Shown: positions 36,582 to 44,237 of the stretch, piece after piece
Numbering within the stretch: the stretch's first letter is position 1
Layout of the letters: each line of letters begins with the position of its first letter
Virus record (IMG/VR): IMGVR_UViG_3300035670_000421
Coordinates: 1-44,237 of that record
Source of the DNA: a virus
Lineage: Duplodnaviria > Caudoviricetes
Reading direction: 5' to 3' (one strand)
Length of the DNA stretch: 44,237 bases
Program-made: the position numbers and the translations under genes
Notes under the pieces: generated by a model
The model's input: only the letters and a program-made list of their open reading frames with translations
What the model was told of the DNA's origin: nothing
Database searches by the model: none

Positions 36582-37611
36582 AACTTTTAACGGAGGCAAA
36601 TACTGGTATGTCTACTATCGAATCAATGGACAGCAGCGAAAACCAAAGATCGGCCAATGGCCAACCCTCACGCTTTCGCAGGCTCGTGATGCTGCTAGAC
36701 AGATGCTTGCCAAAGTCGCCCAAGGCCAAGATCCATCCAAAGATAGAGTTGGAATTCGTCAGGCTCCAACGGTCAAAGACCTCGCTGATAGATACATGCG
36801 AGAACACGGCAACCAGAAAAAGGATTGCCGTAACGATGAGGGACGATGGCGAATCCACATCCTCCCAGCTATCGGTAACTATCGACTCCAGCAGGTTACT
36901 CGACAGGATATTATTTGGCTGGTTGATCGCATCGGCATACATAGCCAAGTCAATCGAAACCGTGTGCTTGCGATGCTATCAAAAGCTTTCAATCTTGCGA
37001 AAGCCTGGGGCTGGTACGAAGGCGACAACCCATGCCGGCAAATAAAGAAATCGCCAGAGATCGCACGAAAGCCATACTTGAACAGCTCCCAGCTGACTTC
37101 GCTAATACAATGCTTGAAGTTTCGCAAGAAGCGATGGCCTTCGGTAGTAGCTTTGTTTCAATTGATTATCATGACGGGATCAAGATTAAACGAACTGCAA
37201 ACAGCGAAGTGGTGCTACCTCCAGGAAGGAGCGCTGCACTTGCCAGACTCAAAGACAGGGGAAAAAAAGATTTACCTATCACCAGAAGCGCTGGCCATCA
37301 TCAACAGCCAGCCAAGGATTAACGAATATATCTTCCCCGGCCTCCACGGCAAAGGCCATTTATGCAACCCGTACAAGGCTTGGAATGAAATAAGGCAGGC
37401 GGCAGGCCTTCCGTGGCTACGCATTCATGATCTTCGACACAACTACGCGGCAATTGCTTTGAGCGCAGGGCTTGAACTTTCGCAGATAGGCGAGCTGCTA
37501 GGCCACCGATCCACGCAAACAACAAAACGATACGCATCGCTAAAGGATGATGCGGCCCGCCATGCGGCAGAGAGGATTTCAAAAGCGATTACCGGCTTTG
37601 CTGGACTTTGA
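36505..37611 (+). CDS. int: Tyrosine integrase with N-terminal arm-binding domain
   Basis: Catalytic R (GSRLNE), K (SKTG), HDLRH, LGH, Y (KRYA); likely GTG 36505 after AAGGAG. Confidence 0.95.
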   Translation: MNQSTIQKAMPGSVLKDNQVKGLQLRTFNGGKYWYVYYRINGQQRKPKIGQWPTLTLSQARDAARQMLAKVAQGQDPSKDRVGIRQAPTVKDLADRYMREHGNQKKDCRNDEGRWRIHILPAIGNYRLQQVTRQDIIWLVDRIGIHSQVNRNRVLAMLSKAFNLAKAWGWYEGDNPCRQIKKSPEIARKPYLNSSQLTSLIQCLKFRKKRWPSVVALFQLIIMTGSRLNELQTAKWCYLQEGALHLPDSKTGEKKIYLSPEALAIINSQPRINEYIFPGLHGKGHLCNPYKAWNEIRQAAGLPWLRIHDLRHNYAAIALSAGLELSQIGELLGHRSTQTTKRYASLKDDAARHAAERISKAITGFAGL

Positions 37612-38488
37612 TGTAATCAGCATCCAGTGAACGAGTTGCCGTGGTGCGGCTCATGACTGCCAGTACAGGAGTCAGGGCAACGCTCGCCGTGACCGCATCC
37701 TCTACCGTTGATCCTACCTGCGTGCCATTGATATAGCATGACAGGGCGCCGGCAGCGCTGACTTCAACCCGAATCACCTGATAGGTGTCCTGGGCTGGAG
37801 CAATGGCCGCAGATTCAAAGGTGGTTTGTGTTCCGTTTTTGGTACCGATCAGGCCCCACATATCGGTTGCCATCGCGGTATCGAACATCAAGCCGCAGGC
37901 ATCCGTGGCATTGTCAGTAACCGTATCGGCAGATGCCGCAGAGTGGATCGGGAATTCAGCCGTGCCGGCATCATCAGTGAAGCCGACAAACACGGCAACA
38001 TCAGTGATGGCGCTCAGTTTGACGCGAGCCTGCATCATGAGGCCGCCCTGGCTTGCCTTCCAATTCAGGCCTTGTGTCAGGACTGACGCATCAACAGCAT
38101 CATCGCCGCCGCCCACATCACCAGAAGTCAGGCGAACCATGCCGCCAACGCCGGCAGATATAGCGGGGGCAACAGCCTGGGGATCTGTGCCGGCAGCGCC
38201 AGCCCATTCATCAGCCAGGACATCACCAAGAAAATCATCGAACAGGACGCACTGATCGCCAGCGCCGCCAACCGCCATCCTGCGCCAGCGATTGCCGGAC
38301 GCATCAGTGATCAGGTCGTTGTTGTCAGCCGTGCCGCTTGAGTTTGGATCAAGCGCATACCATGACGAGAGATCAGTCAGGTACACGAAGATAGGGCGCT
38401 TGCGATTGGATGCGCCCGGCGCACCACCAGAAATCAGCCTCGCTGAAGTGGTGGAAACTGCCACATCAGAATCTTGAACCGATGCCAT
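37589..38488 (-). CDS. Probable virion protein with beta-sandwich/lectin-like region
   Basis: 299 aa Ala/Thr/Asp-rich; YALDPNSSGTADN..GNRWRR, FDDFLG, CYINGTQV. Confidence 0.55.
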   Translation of the reverse strand: MASVQDSDVAVSTTSARLISGGAPGASNRKRPIFVYLTDLSSWYALDPNSSGTADNNDLITDASGNRWRRMAVGGAGDQCVLFDDFLGDVLADEWAGAAGTDPQAVAPAISAGVGGMVRLTSGDVGGGDDAVDASVLTQGLNWKASQGGLMMQARVKLSAITDVAVFVGFTDDAGTAEFPIHSAASADTVTDNATDACGLMFDTAMATDMWGLIGTKNGTQTTFESAAIAPAQDTYQVIRVEVSAAGALSCYINGTQVGSTVEDAVTASVALTPVLAVMSRTTATRSLDADYIKVQQSR

Positions 38489-38496
38489 AAAACCTC

Positions 38497-38919
38497 CTAG
38501 CCTATTAACAGATTGATTTCAGCCTCGCGCCGAAGCACAAGGCCCGGCAATCGTTTACCACCACCATTCACCCACTTACGCAATTCTATAGCAGCCCCGC
38601 CCCAATCCCCTGCATTGATCCGCTTTCGCAGGGTTGAATGCTTTAGCCGACCCACCCCAAGGTTATAGGTGAAGTCGGCAATGGCGCACAGTTTATCACC
38701 TTCCAGCTCAGGACACAGCGACAGCGCCGCCTTGGCAAACTTCTCGGCATCCATCGCCATACGCCGATCTGCATACTCCTGAGTCCAAGGTCTGCCCGGA
38801 AAGACATCAGGCCCTGTGCTACCCCAGCCACAAGTCAGGACTCCCGCCGGGCAGTAATATGGCATCAGGTGACATCCCTCGAACCTCTTGATGAGGATGT
38901 AAAGGGCGGCCAGATCCAT
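38497..38919 (-). CDS. Endolysin, GH24 lysozyme
   Basis: E-x8-C-x5-T catalytic pattern (FEGCHLMPYYCPAGVLT), YNLG, LPGLVLRREAE. Confidence 0.93.
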   Translation of the reverse strand: MDLAALYILIKRFEGCHLMPYYCPAGVLTCGWGSTGPDVFPGRPWTQEYADRRMAMDAEKFAKAALSLCPELEGDKLCAIADFTYNLGVGRLKHSTLRKRINAGDWGGAAIELRKWVNGGGKRLPGLVLRREAEINLLIG

Positions 38920-39383
38920 TACTTCCTGCCTTTGGCCAGCTCGCGGGAGGCGAAGAAAAAGCCAATAGCAACAGCAATCAATTCCTTATCCCACTCCGAA
39001 AGCATCCAGCCTTGCTGGTCAAGCGCCATCACCCACAACAGCACGGCAATGGTGGCAACCAATGGCCTGATAATCCCATTCCACGCATCCACCCAGCCGA
39101 TGCCGGTAGGCTTGTTGGCATTACGCATGGCCTCGACAAAGGCCGATGCCTCAAGCTTTTGCACATCGGCATCAGCCTGAACCTGGATTTCCTTGACGCC
39201 AAGATCAGACTGCAATCTCAGGCGCTCGCAATCATTGGTATGGCGCTGGCTATCCAGCTTGGCCTGCAGCTCAAGGGCAGCCATTTCGTTTTTGTGATCC
39301 TGCCGCTTGTTCAAATACTCGGCAACCCAGGACCAGACAAGCCGGAAGGCAGAACCGCCAAGAAAGGAAAGCAATGCGCTCAT
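38919..39383 (-). CDS. Holin-like membrane protein
   Basis: N-terminal hydrophobic helix, IRPLVATIAVLLWV and IAVAIGFFFASR segments; coupled to the lysozyme gene. Confidence 0.6.
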   Translation of the reverse strand: MSALLSFLGGSAFRLVWSWVAEYLNKRQDHKNEMAALELQAKLDSQRHTNDCERLRLQSDLGVKEIQVQADADVQKLEASAFVEAMRNANKPTGIGWVDAWNGIIRPLVATIAVLLWVMALDQQGWMLSEWDKELIAVAIGFFFASRELAKGRK

Positions 39384-39727
39384 CTGAACATCTCCTTGAT
39401 AATAGCCCACAGGGCTGTGAACACCAGCGATACTCCGCCAGCAAAACCAACAACTTTCGTATTGAATGACTTGAGATTTCCAACATCTTTCTGGACAGAC
39501 TCAAGCTCAGTCTGCATAGTTGCATGGCGCTTGTCGTTTTGTTTTATGGCATCGCCCTGGCCCTTTGCCAGCTCGGCAATGGCAGACTCAATGCGGGACA
39601 GGGATTTTGTTTGCTCGCGAGACTCTTCAAACAGGGTGCGAATCTGGTTGGCAGAAGCTTCAGCCTTGGCCTTGAGGGCGCCTATGTCCTCATACAATGC
39701 GCCTTGCTGGAAAAATTCATTGGCCAT
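39380..39727 (-). CDS. Coiled-coil protein with C-terminal TM (lysis-region protein)
   Basis: 115 aa; VVGFAGGVSLVFTALWAII. Confidence 0.55.
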   Translation of the reverse strand: MANEFFQQGALYEDIGALKAKAEASANQIRTLFEESREQTKSLSRIESAIAELAKGQGDAIKQNDKRHATMQTELESVQKDVGNLKSFNTKVVGFAGGVSLVFTALWAIIKEMFR

Positions 39728-39736
39728 ACTCCCTCC

Positions 39737-40876
39737 TTAAATATACGGAACCTGAGCCGCAGTTGCCTCGACACTGTAAATCCTCAAATTCGACATCGTG
39801 AAATACGAATTACCCTGCTCGCCAAATACAAGATTGCCGCCAGTTGAGCCGGCGCCAGCTGTATTGCTATCAATCAGAACCCCATCGACATACAGCTTGA
39901 ATGTAGTCCCTGAGCATGTAATGACCACCCGATAGCCAACACCCTCCTGGATTAAGCCGGCAGATGATATTGCGCTAATGCCGGCGCCATACTCAATTTC
40001 AATGGTGCCATCGTCATACACATACAGGGATCTTTTCGGGGTTTCAGAAACGCCCTCAAAAATAACGGCAGTCTGGTGCATGTGGTTCATCATCAAATCA
40101 AATGCGATAGTGTGTGCAACATGAGGATCGGGCATGTTGGCATTCAGGATCGAAAGCTTGTCGAGAGTCCTTTGGACTGACGCATCGGTTGTGATAATCG
40201 TGGTGCCGCAATGGACGGAATCATGAGCCTGCGGGAAACAGAAATACATCGTGTCGCCATTGGTTTGTGTTGCGCCATCGCCAGTTACAACAAAAAGCGC
40301 GAATGGCGTGCCAGATATATCGAATCGCAAAAACTGCCACTCGCCGCCGGCATCGCATACAGCGGTAGCAAATCCGATTGGACTCAGCCCGCCATCAACA
40401 ACTGCAACTGACACATTCTGTTGGCTTCCCGCACGAACCCAACACCCGGCAGATAACTCTGATCCGCCTAGCAATGTGTATGCCGCGCTATCAGGATTGC
40501 CGACAGTAAACTTGATCGCTTGTGTTACGCCGTCAGGCCCAAGCGTGCCATCATTGGCAACCGCGCCGCCATTGCTGGCAGACCATTGAGCTACATCGCC
40601 AAGCGCCGTATTGGTAGCCGTTGGCTCGATTGTCAGGCCGCCAGAAGAAAACCCGCCGGCATTGATGGCGACTTCGGTAAGCTCGGTTTCACCATCAGGC
40701 ACAACCCACTTTTTGGTTGATCGCGTAAAGGTCGGATTGGTACCAACCAAAGCATTGATGGATTGCGTCAATGGCGCATCCAGAACCAGGCTGGCCAGTA
40801 ATGGATTTCTGACGCCCATCATGTTTCCAATGACAGGCCTTACCGGACTCCTGATTGGGGAGCGAAGCAGGGTCAT
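39737..40876 (-). CDS. Tail-associated / receptor-binding protein with LamG-like C-terminus
   Basis: TFTRST..GLTIEPTATN, TFKLYVDG, SNLRIY. Confidence 0.65.
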   Translation of the reverse strand: MTLLRSPIRSPVRPVIGNMMGVRNPLLASLVLDAPLTQSINALVGTNPTFTRSTKKWVVPDGETELTEVAINAGGFSSGGLTIEPTATNTALGDVAQWSASNGGAVANDGTLGPDGVTQAIKFTVGNPDSAAYTLLGGSELSAGCWVRAGSQQNVSVAVVDGGLSPIGFATAVCDAGGEWQFLRFDISGTPFALFVVTGDGATQTNGDTMYFCFPQAHDSVHCGTTIITTDASVQRTLDKLSILNANMPDPHVAHTIAFDLMMNHMHQTAVIFEGVSETPKRSLYVYDDGTIEIEYGAGISAISSAGLIQEGVGYRVVITCSGTTFKLYVDGVLIDSNTAGAGSTGGNLVFGEQGNSYFTMSNLRIYSVEATAAQVPYI

Positions 40877-42600
40877 GCGTCAGGGTTTCCGTAGTAGTAG
40901 AGTGTGGCCGTGCCGGCATCGAATGTATTTGCGCCAGACGGTAGAAGCTTCAGCCTTGTCAGGGTTCCGCCAAGAACGCACTTGCCATAGGCGGAAATGC
41001 TGCCTCCAGTTACGTTATCGGTTCTGCCAGCCATCACCGTGATGTTCCATGTATTGCCAGTCAGCTTCTCCAACTCTATCTTGCCGGCATAAGATGCCGC
41101 CGCAGTCCCAAAGATGCACACAAGCGCATGAGATAAGGCAGCCCATAAATTACTTCCGGAATCATTCTGCCTGCAGTTGCCAATATAGTCGCCTGCAGAT
41201 GTCATGTACGCGCCAGAGTGGCCAAGCTGCATACCAAGATCATCTGTGCCGGATAAAGAAACATCATTGAATGGAATGACCATTCTTGTGATATTGGATG
41301 GAAGGCCGGTCCACTCGGCGCTGGATGAAAGTGTTTTTTCGCCAGCATTCACCCACTTCATATTTGTTTCTTCTTGCGCGACAGCGGAGGCATTGCCGGT
41401 TATTTGTTTGCCGGCGCCAATCTTGATGGCCGTGTACGGGAGTCGAGCAGTTGTCTTGCCGTCATACAGACGATGAATATCACTCAGGACATACAGGCAG
41501 TCATCCGTGTAGTCGAATTGCAGAACCAGCAAATCGCCGGCCTTGATGGCCGCCGTGCTTGGGTTTGTGGCATCCAGATGCTTGATGGATTTTGCAGCCA
41601 ATCCATTTGGCGCAAATGTCAGGGTGCCGGTTGTGTGAGCTGTTGTAACCCTGAACAGGAAGATGGCGCCATCGGCAGCCGCATTCCAGGCAGTCAATGG
41701 CGACTTGTCGCCAACCAGTGCAGCCGTGTAGGCGCCAGATAAGTAGGCGCTTTCCTCATACAGCCCGATAATTTGCGTGACCTGTGACTTCAGGTAATAG
41801 TCTGTGTCGTGATCGTGGGCCGGGTACTCGCCAAGCTGGCGAACATACCCCGTGGTAATCACCCACCAATCAAGGCCGATCAACGGAACGCTGCCAAGGG
41901 TGACTGTTTCGGAGCCGGGAGTCAGGTCAATCGTGAAGCCATCAGTTGGCTCCTTCAGGACGCCATCCACAACCACCATGTAGGCATTCACATCGCTGGG
42001 GTAATTTGTCCCGCCGCTTATGTCGAGATCAGCCGACACGCCATCAGTTGTGCCGTGCCATTTATTGAGAACGGTATACAGCTGGCCATCGGCAACCGCA
42101 GCAACAATTGATTCAAGCGAGCCCAGGTTTACGGCATCGCCGGCATTCTGTGGATTCGCCACATTCTCAAGCCGGTAGTTATCGCAATCCAGCGCACCCG
42201 TATCAGTATCTGATTCAACAGGAGCCGTCTGCAATTGCTGGATAAGCATGAAGGCATGATCCAGCGCATCCTCAATGGTTTCCGGGTAGAAGTCGCCCTG
42301 GTTGCGAAGATCGGTTTCTTGCAGGAGCGATGGACGCCTGACGGCAATCAGGGTTTCATCAGATGCCAGTGTCGAAAAGGCGCTTGAGCCAAGCGGGAAT
42401 TCAATATCGCCGCCAGCTTCATCACCCATGCCGGTAACGCTGTAATCGGTATCAAGCTCAAGCAGAGTTTCAACATTGCTGGCATCACGATGGTAAACCA
42501 CCAGGTCCGTGTCGTTGAGGATTTTGAAGTCATAAGTGAAGGTGGTGGCAACACCGTTGCCAGCCCATAGCTTGCGATCCAAGGTACTCTGGACTGTCAT
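40873..42600 (-). CDS. Tail fibre protein (T7 gp17-like N-terminal anchor)
   Basis: GNGVATTFTYDFKI..DYSVTG..QETDLRNQGDFYPETIEDALD. Confidence 0.85.
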   Translation of the reverse strand: MTVQSTLDRKLWAGNGVATTFTYDFKILNDTDLVVYHRDASNVETLLELDTDYSVTGMGDEAGGDIEFPLGSSAFSTLASDETLIAVRRPSLLQETDLRNQGDFYPETIEDALDHAFMLIQQLQTAPVESDTDTGALDCDNYRLENVANPQNAGDAVNLGSLESIVAAVADGQLYTVLNKWHGTTDGVSADLDISGGTNYPSDVNAYMVVVDGVLKEPTDGFTIDLTPGSETVTLGSVPLIGLDWWVITTGYVRQLGEYPAHDHDTDYYLKSQVTQIIGLYEESAYLSGAYTAALVGDKSPLTAWNAAADGAIFLFRVTTAHTTGTLTFAPNGLAAKSIKHLDATNPSTAAIKAGDLLVLQFDYTDDCLYVLSDIHRLYDGKTTARLPYTAIKIGAGKQITGNASAVAQEETNMKWVNAGEKTLSSSAEWTGLPSNITRMVIPFNDVSLSGTDDLGMQLGHSGAYMTSAGDYIGNCRQNDSGSNLWAALSHALVCIFGTAAASYAGKIELEKLTGNTWNITVMAGRTDNVTGGSISAYGKCVLGGTLTRLKLLPSGANTFDAGTATLYYYGNPDA

Positions 42601-42644
42601 ACGGATGCCCTCAAAAGTTGGTCAATAATACATCATCCGGCCTG

Positions 42645-42659
42645 TTGATAAAATATCAA
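42645..42659. promoter_or_regulatory. Operator-like site upstream of the tail fibre gene
   Basis: TTGAT-AAAAT-ATCAA overlapping the giant gene's stop codon. Confidence 0.6.
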
Positions 42660-44237
42660 CGGCCTTCCCGCGCATAGCCCGGCAAAGCCATCCCGGCAGG
42701 GTTTTCAAGCTCGCCGTTGTAATAACGATACATGCCCTCGGCAGTCACATTCAGCTGGCCCGATGGGTAGTGGAACACGATGCCGCCCACATTGTTCAGG
42801 GACTTGAGCAGGGCTGCATCAGCCTCGCCCTGTGCGGCCTGTTTGCCCAGCTTGCCAACCTCGCCAAACAGGCGAAGCCCGCCAGGACCCGAATAATCAA
42901 ATGTCGATGTAGCAGCTCCCACCATTTCCCGAAGGTAGGGGATGGTGCCTGCCGCATAATTCAGGTTGCTGGCCAGTATCCACTTGATGAAATCCTCTTC
43001 ATCATCATCCATGTCTGGCGCCCGGCCAAGCAGGATGTCTGCCAGCAAGGCTGGGATGGTATACAGCAAGGCCATATCCACCACCAGGTTGCCAACACTC
43101 GCCGGGCTCTTGAAATTGGTTTTGCCGATGGATTCCCGCGTCAGTTGGTAGGTGGTGCTGAAGTAGCTGTAGAACGAAGTGAACAGCTTTTTCATGGCCG
43201 AACCCGTCTGGACGCCGGCAAGATCCTTCAGCTGGCCACCAGACTGTGAATCAATCACGGCCTGATCCGCCAAGGCAATCGCCCGCTCTTCAGTGTGGCC
43301 TTCAGACTGGGCCTTGGCATAGGCGCCAAGCCATGTCGGTACATCCACCATCATCTGCATTTTCGTGATGAACAGGAAGTAGGCGTTATTGATGTCCATG
43401 TCAGTAGCCGACAGGATGGCCTTCCTCACACCATTCTGGATTTCCAGCTGGTTGCGGATTTCATTGATTTCCCGGTTCATGGTGGTGGCGCGATTCGCCA
43501 TAAACTTGGACTTGGAATGGACTTCAGCCAAGGCGCTATTTGCGCCCGCTGGACGCGATAGCATTTCACCAATACCTTTGGCCACCCACTTAGGCCCAAC
43601 CCTCACAACAGACTGGGTGAAGCCCAATGGCTGCACCAGCGCAGTTGACAGCTTGAAGCCCATCGCTGCAATGGAGGCGCCAGCCCTGATATGGGCCAGC
43701 ATCTGGTCAATGCCCTTGGTGGGCGCAACATCACCAGCCGCCACCCGGACCACCCATTGCTGCATTTCCCGGAATTGCTCCACCCCGACCTTGCGAGTCA
43801 GGATGTCCTGCATTTCCTTGTCATTGATAATCCGATGGACATTCTGTGTGGCTTCCCGGTGAGTGATGTCATGGATGCTCTCATTGACATGCCGGAACAG
43901 TACGCCCAAATCCAGCGCCACCTTGTAGCTCGCGCTCGCAAGCCGCTCTTCAGTACGGCCCTGAGCCGTTTTGGCAGCCGATGACTTGCCGACCAGCAAA
44001 CGCTTGGCCTGGTCCTCAAGGCTGTACTCATACGATTGGGCATTCAAATCCCGGTTGGATGCAAGCGGGTAATAGCCACCCTTCGCCACTTCCACGCCAT
44101 CAATGATGACCGGCATAGCCTCGACTTTGGGAGGCACGAGCCCCTTTGTACGCTTGTCCAGATCAGCCGTTGGCTCCCAGTATTGATTGATGAAATCCCA
44201 TGCGCCCTGGACGAACTGCCAATCTTCAGGCGTCATG
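42656..44237 (-). CDS. C-terminal portion of the giant polyvalent ejection protein (joins 1..7839)
   Basis: In frame across the 28-bp overlap; helical region with GGYYP and FYSYF motifs and hydrophobic segments. Confidence 0.88.
   Translation of the reverse strand, partial: MTPEDWQFVQGAWDFINQYWEPTADLDKRTKGLVPPKVEAMPVIIDGVEVAKGGYYPLASNRDLNAQSYEYSLEDQAKRLLVGKSSAAKTAQGRTEERLASASYKVALDLGVLFRHVNESIHDITHREATQNVHRIINDKEMQDILTRKVGVEQFREMQQWVVRVAAGDVAPTKGIDQMLAHIRAGASIAAMGFKLSTALVQPLGFTQSVVRVGPKWVAKGIGEMLSRPAGANSALAEVHSKSKFMANRATTMNREINEIRNQLEIQNGVRKAILSATDMDINNAYFLFITKMQMMVDVPTWLGAYAKAQSEGHTEERAIALADQAVIDSQSGGQLKDLAGVQTGSAMKKLFTSFYSYFSTTYQLTRESIGKTNFKSPASVGNLVVDMALLYTIPALLADILLGRAPDMDDDEEDFIKWILASNLNYAAGTIPYLREMVGAATSTFDYSGPGGLRLFGEVGKLGKQAAQGEADAALLKSLNNVGGIVFHYPSGQLNVTAEGMYRYYNGELENPAGMALPGYAREGR

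Larger units (their letters stand above)
1..44237. mobile_element. Complete temperate phage genome (podovirus-type, BPP-1/epsilon15-like organisation), excised circular form
   Basis: Full set of packaging, head, short-tail, ejection, lysis, replication and integration genes; no tape measure or sheath gene; intact attP; terminal overlap closes the circle. Confidence 0.93.

Noticed and set aside
37589-42600. Diversity-generating retroelement as in BPP-1
   Set aside because: No reverse transcriptase ORF and no TR/VR repeat pair seen
42645-42659. FNR boxes
   Set aside because: FNR is TTGAT-N4-ATCAA; all listed sites have a 5-bp spacer
44210-44237. 28-bp terminal repeat as a biological DTR
   Set aside because: It falls mid-gene and the frame is continuous once one copy is removed; best explained as assembly overlap

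Overview
Apparently complete, circularly assembled genome of a temperate podovirus-type phage (44,209 bp unique; bases 1-28 equal 44210-44237). Gene order resembles BPP-1/epsilon15-like phages; IHF boxes and a tRNA-Lys(CTT) attP suggest a proteobacterial host. Minus strand: cro-like gene, primase-helicase, iteron origin, terminase, portal, scaffold, capsid, cement, tail adaptor/nozzle, ejection proteins, a ~3130-aa polyvalent protein that crosses the contig junction (mostly missing from the ORF track), tail fibres and lysis genes. Plus strand: recombination/replication genes, a displaced XRE repressor, DNA methyltransferase, xis, attP, a cold-shock protein + glycosyltransferase cargo and a tyrosine integrase. 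Two observations stand out. (1) A complete expression unit (sigma70-like promoter, operator, strong SD, 90-aa ORF in another frame) appears hidden inside the giant protein gene, directly after its ADP-ribosyltransferase-like domain. (2) A 15-bp palindrome, TTGAY-N5-RTCAA, is dispersed across the genome and overlaps most predicted promoters, including the hidden one. Family assignments come from motif recognition by eye; no database searches were run.
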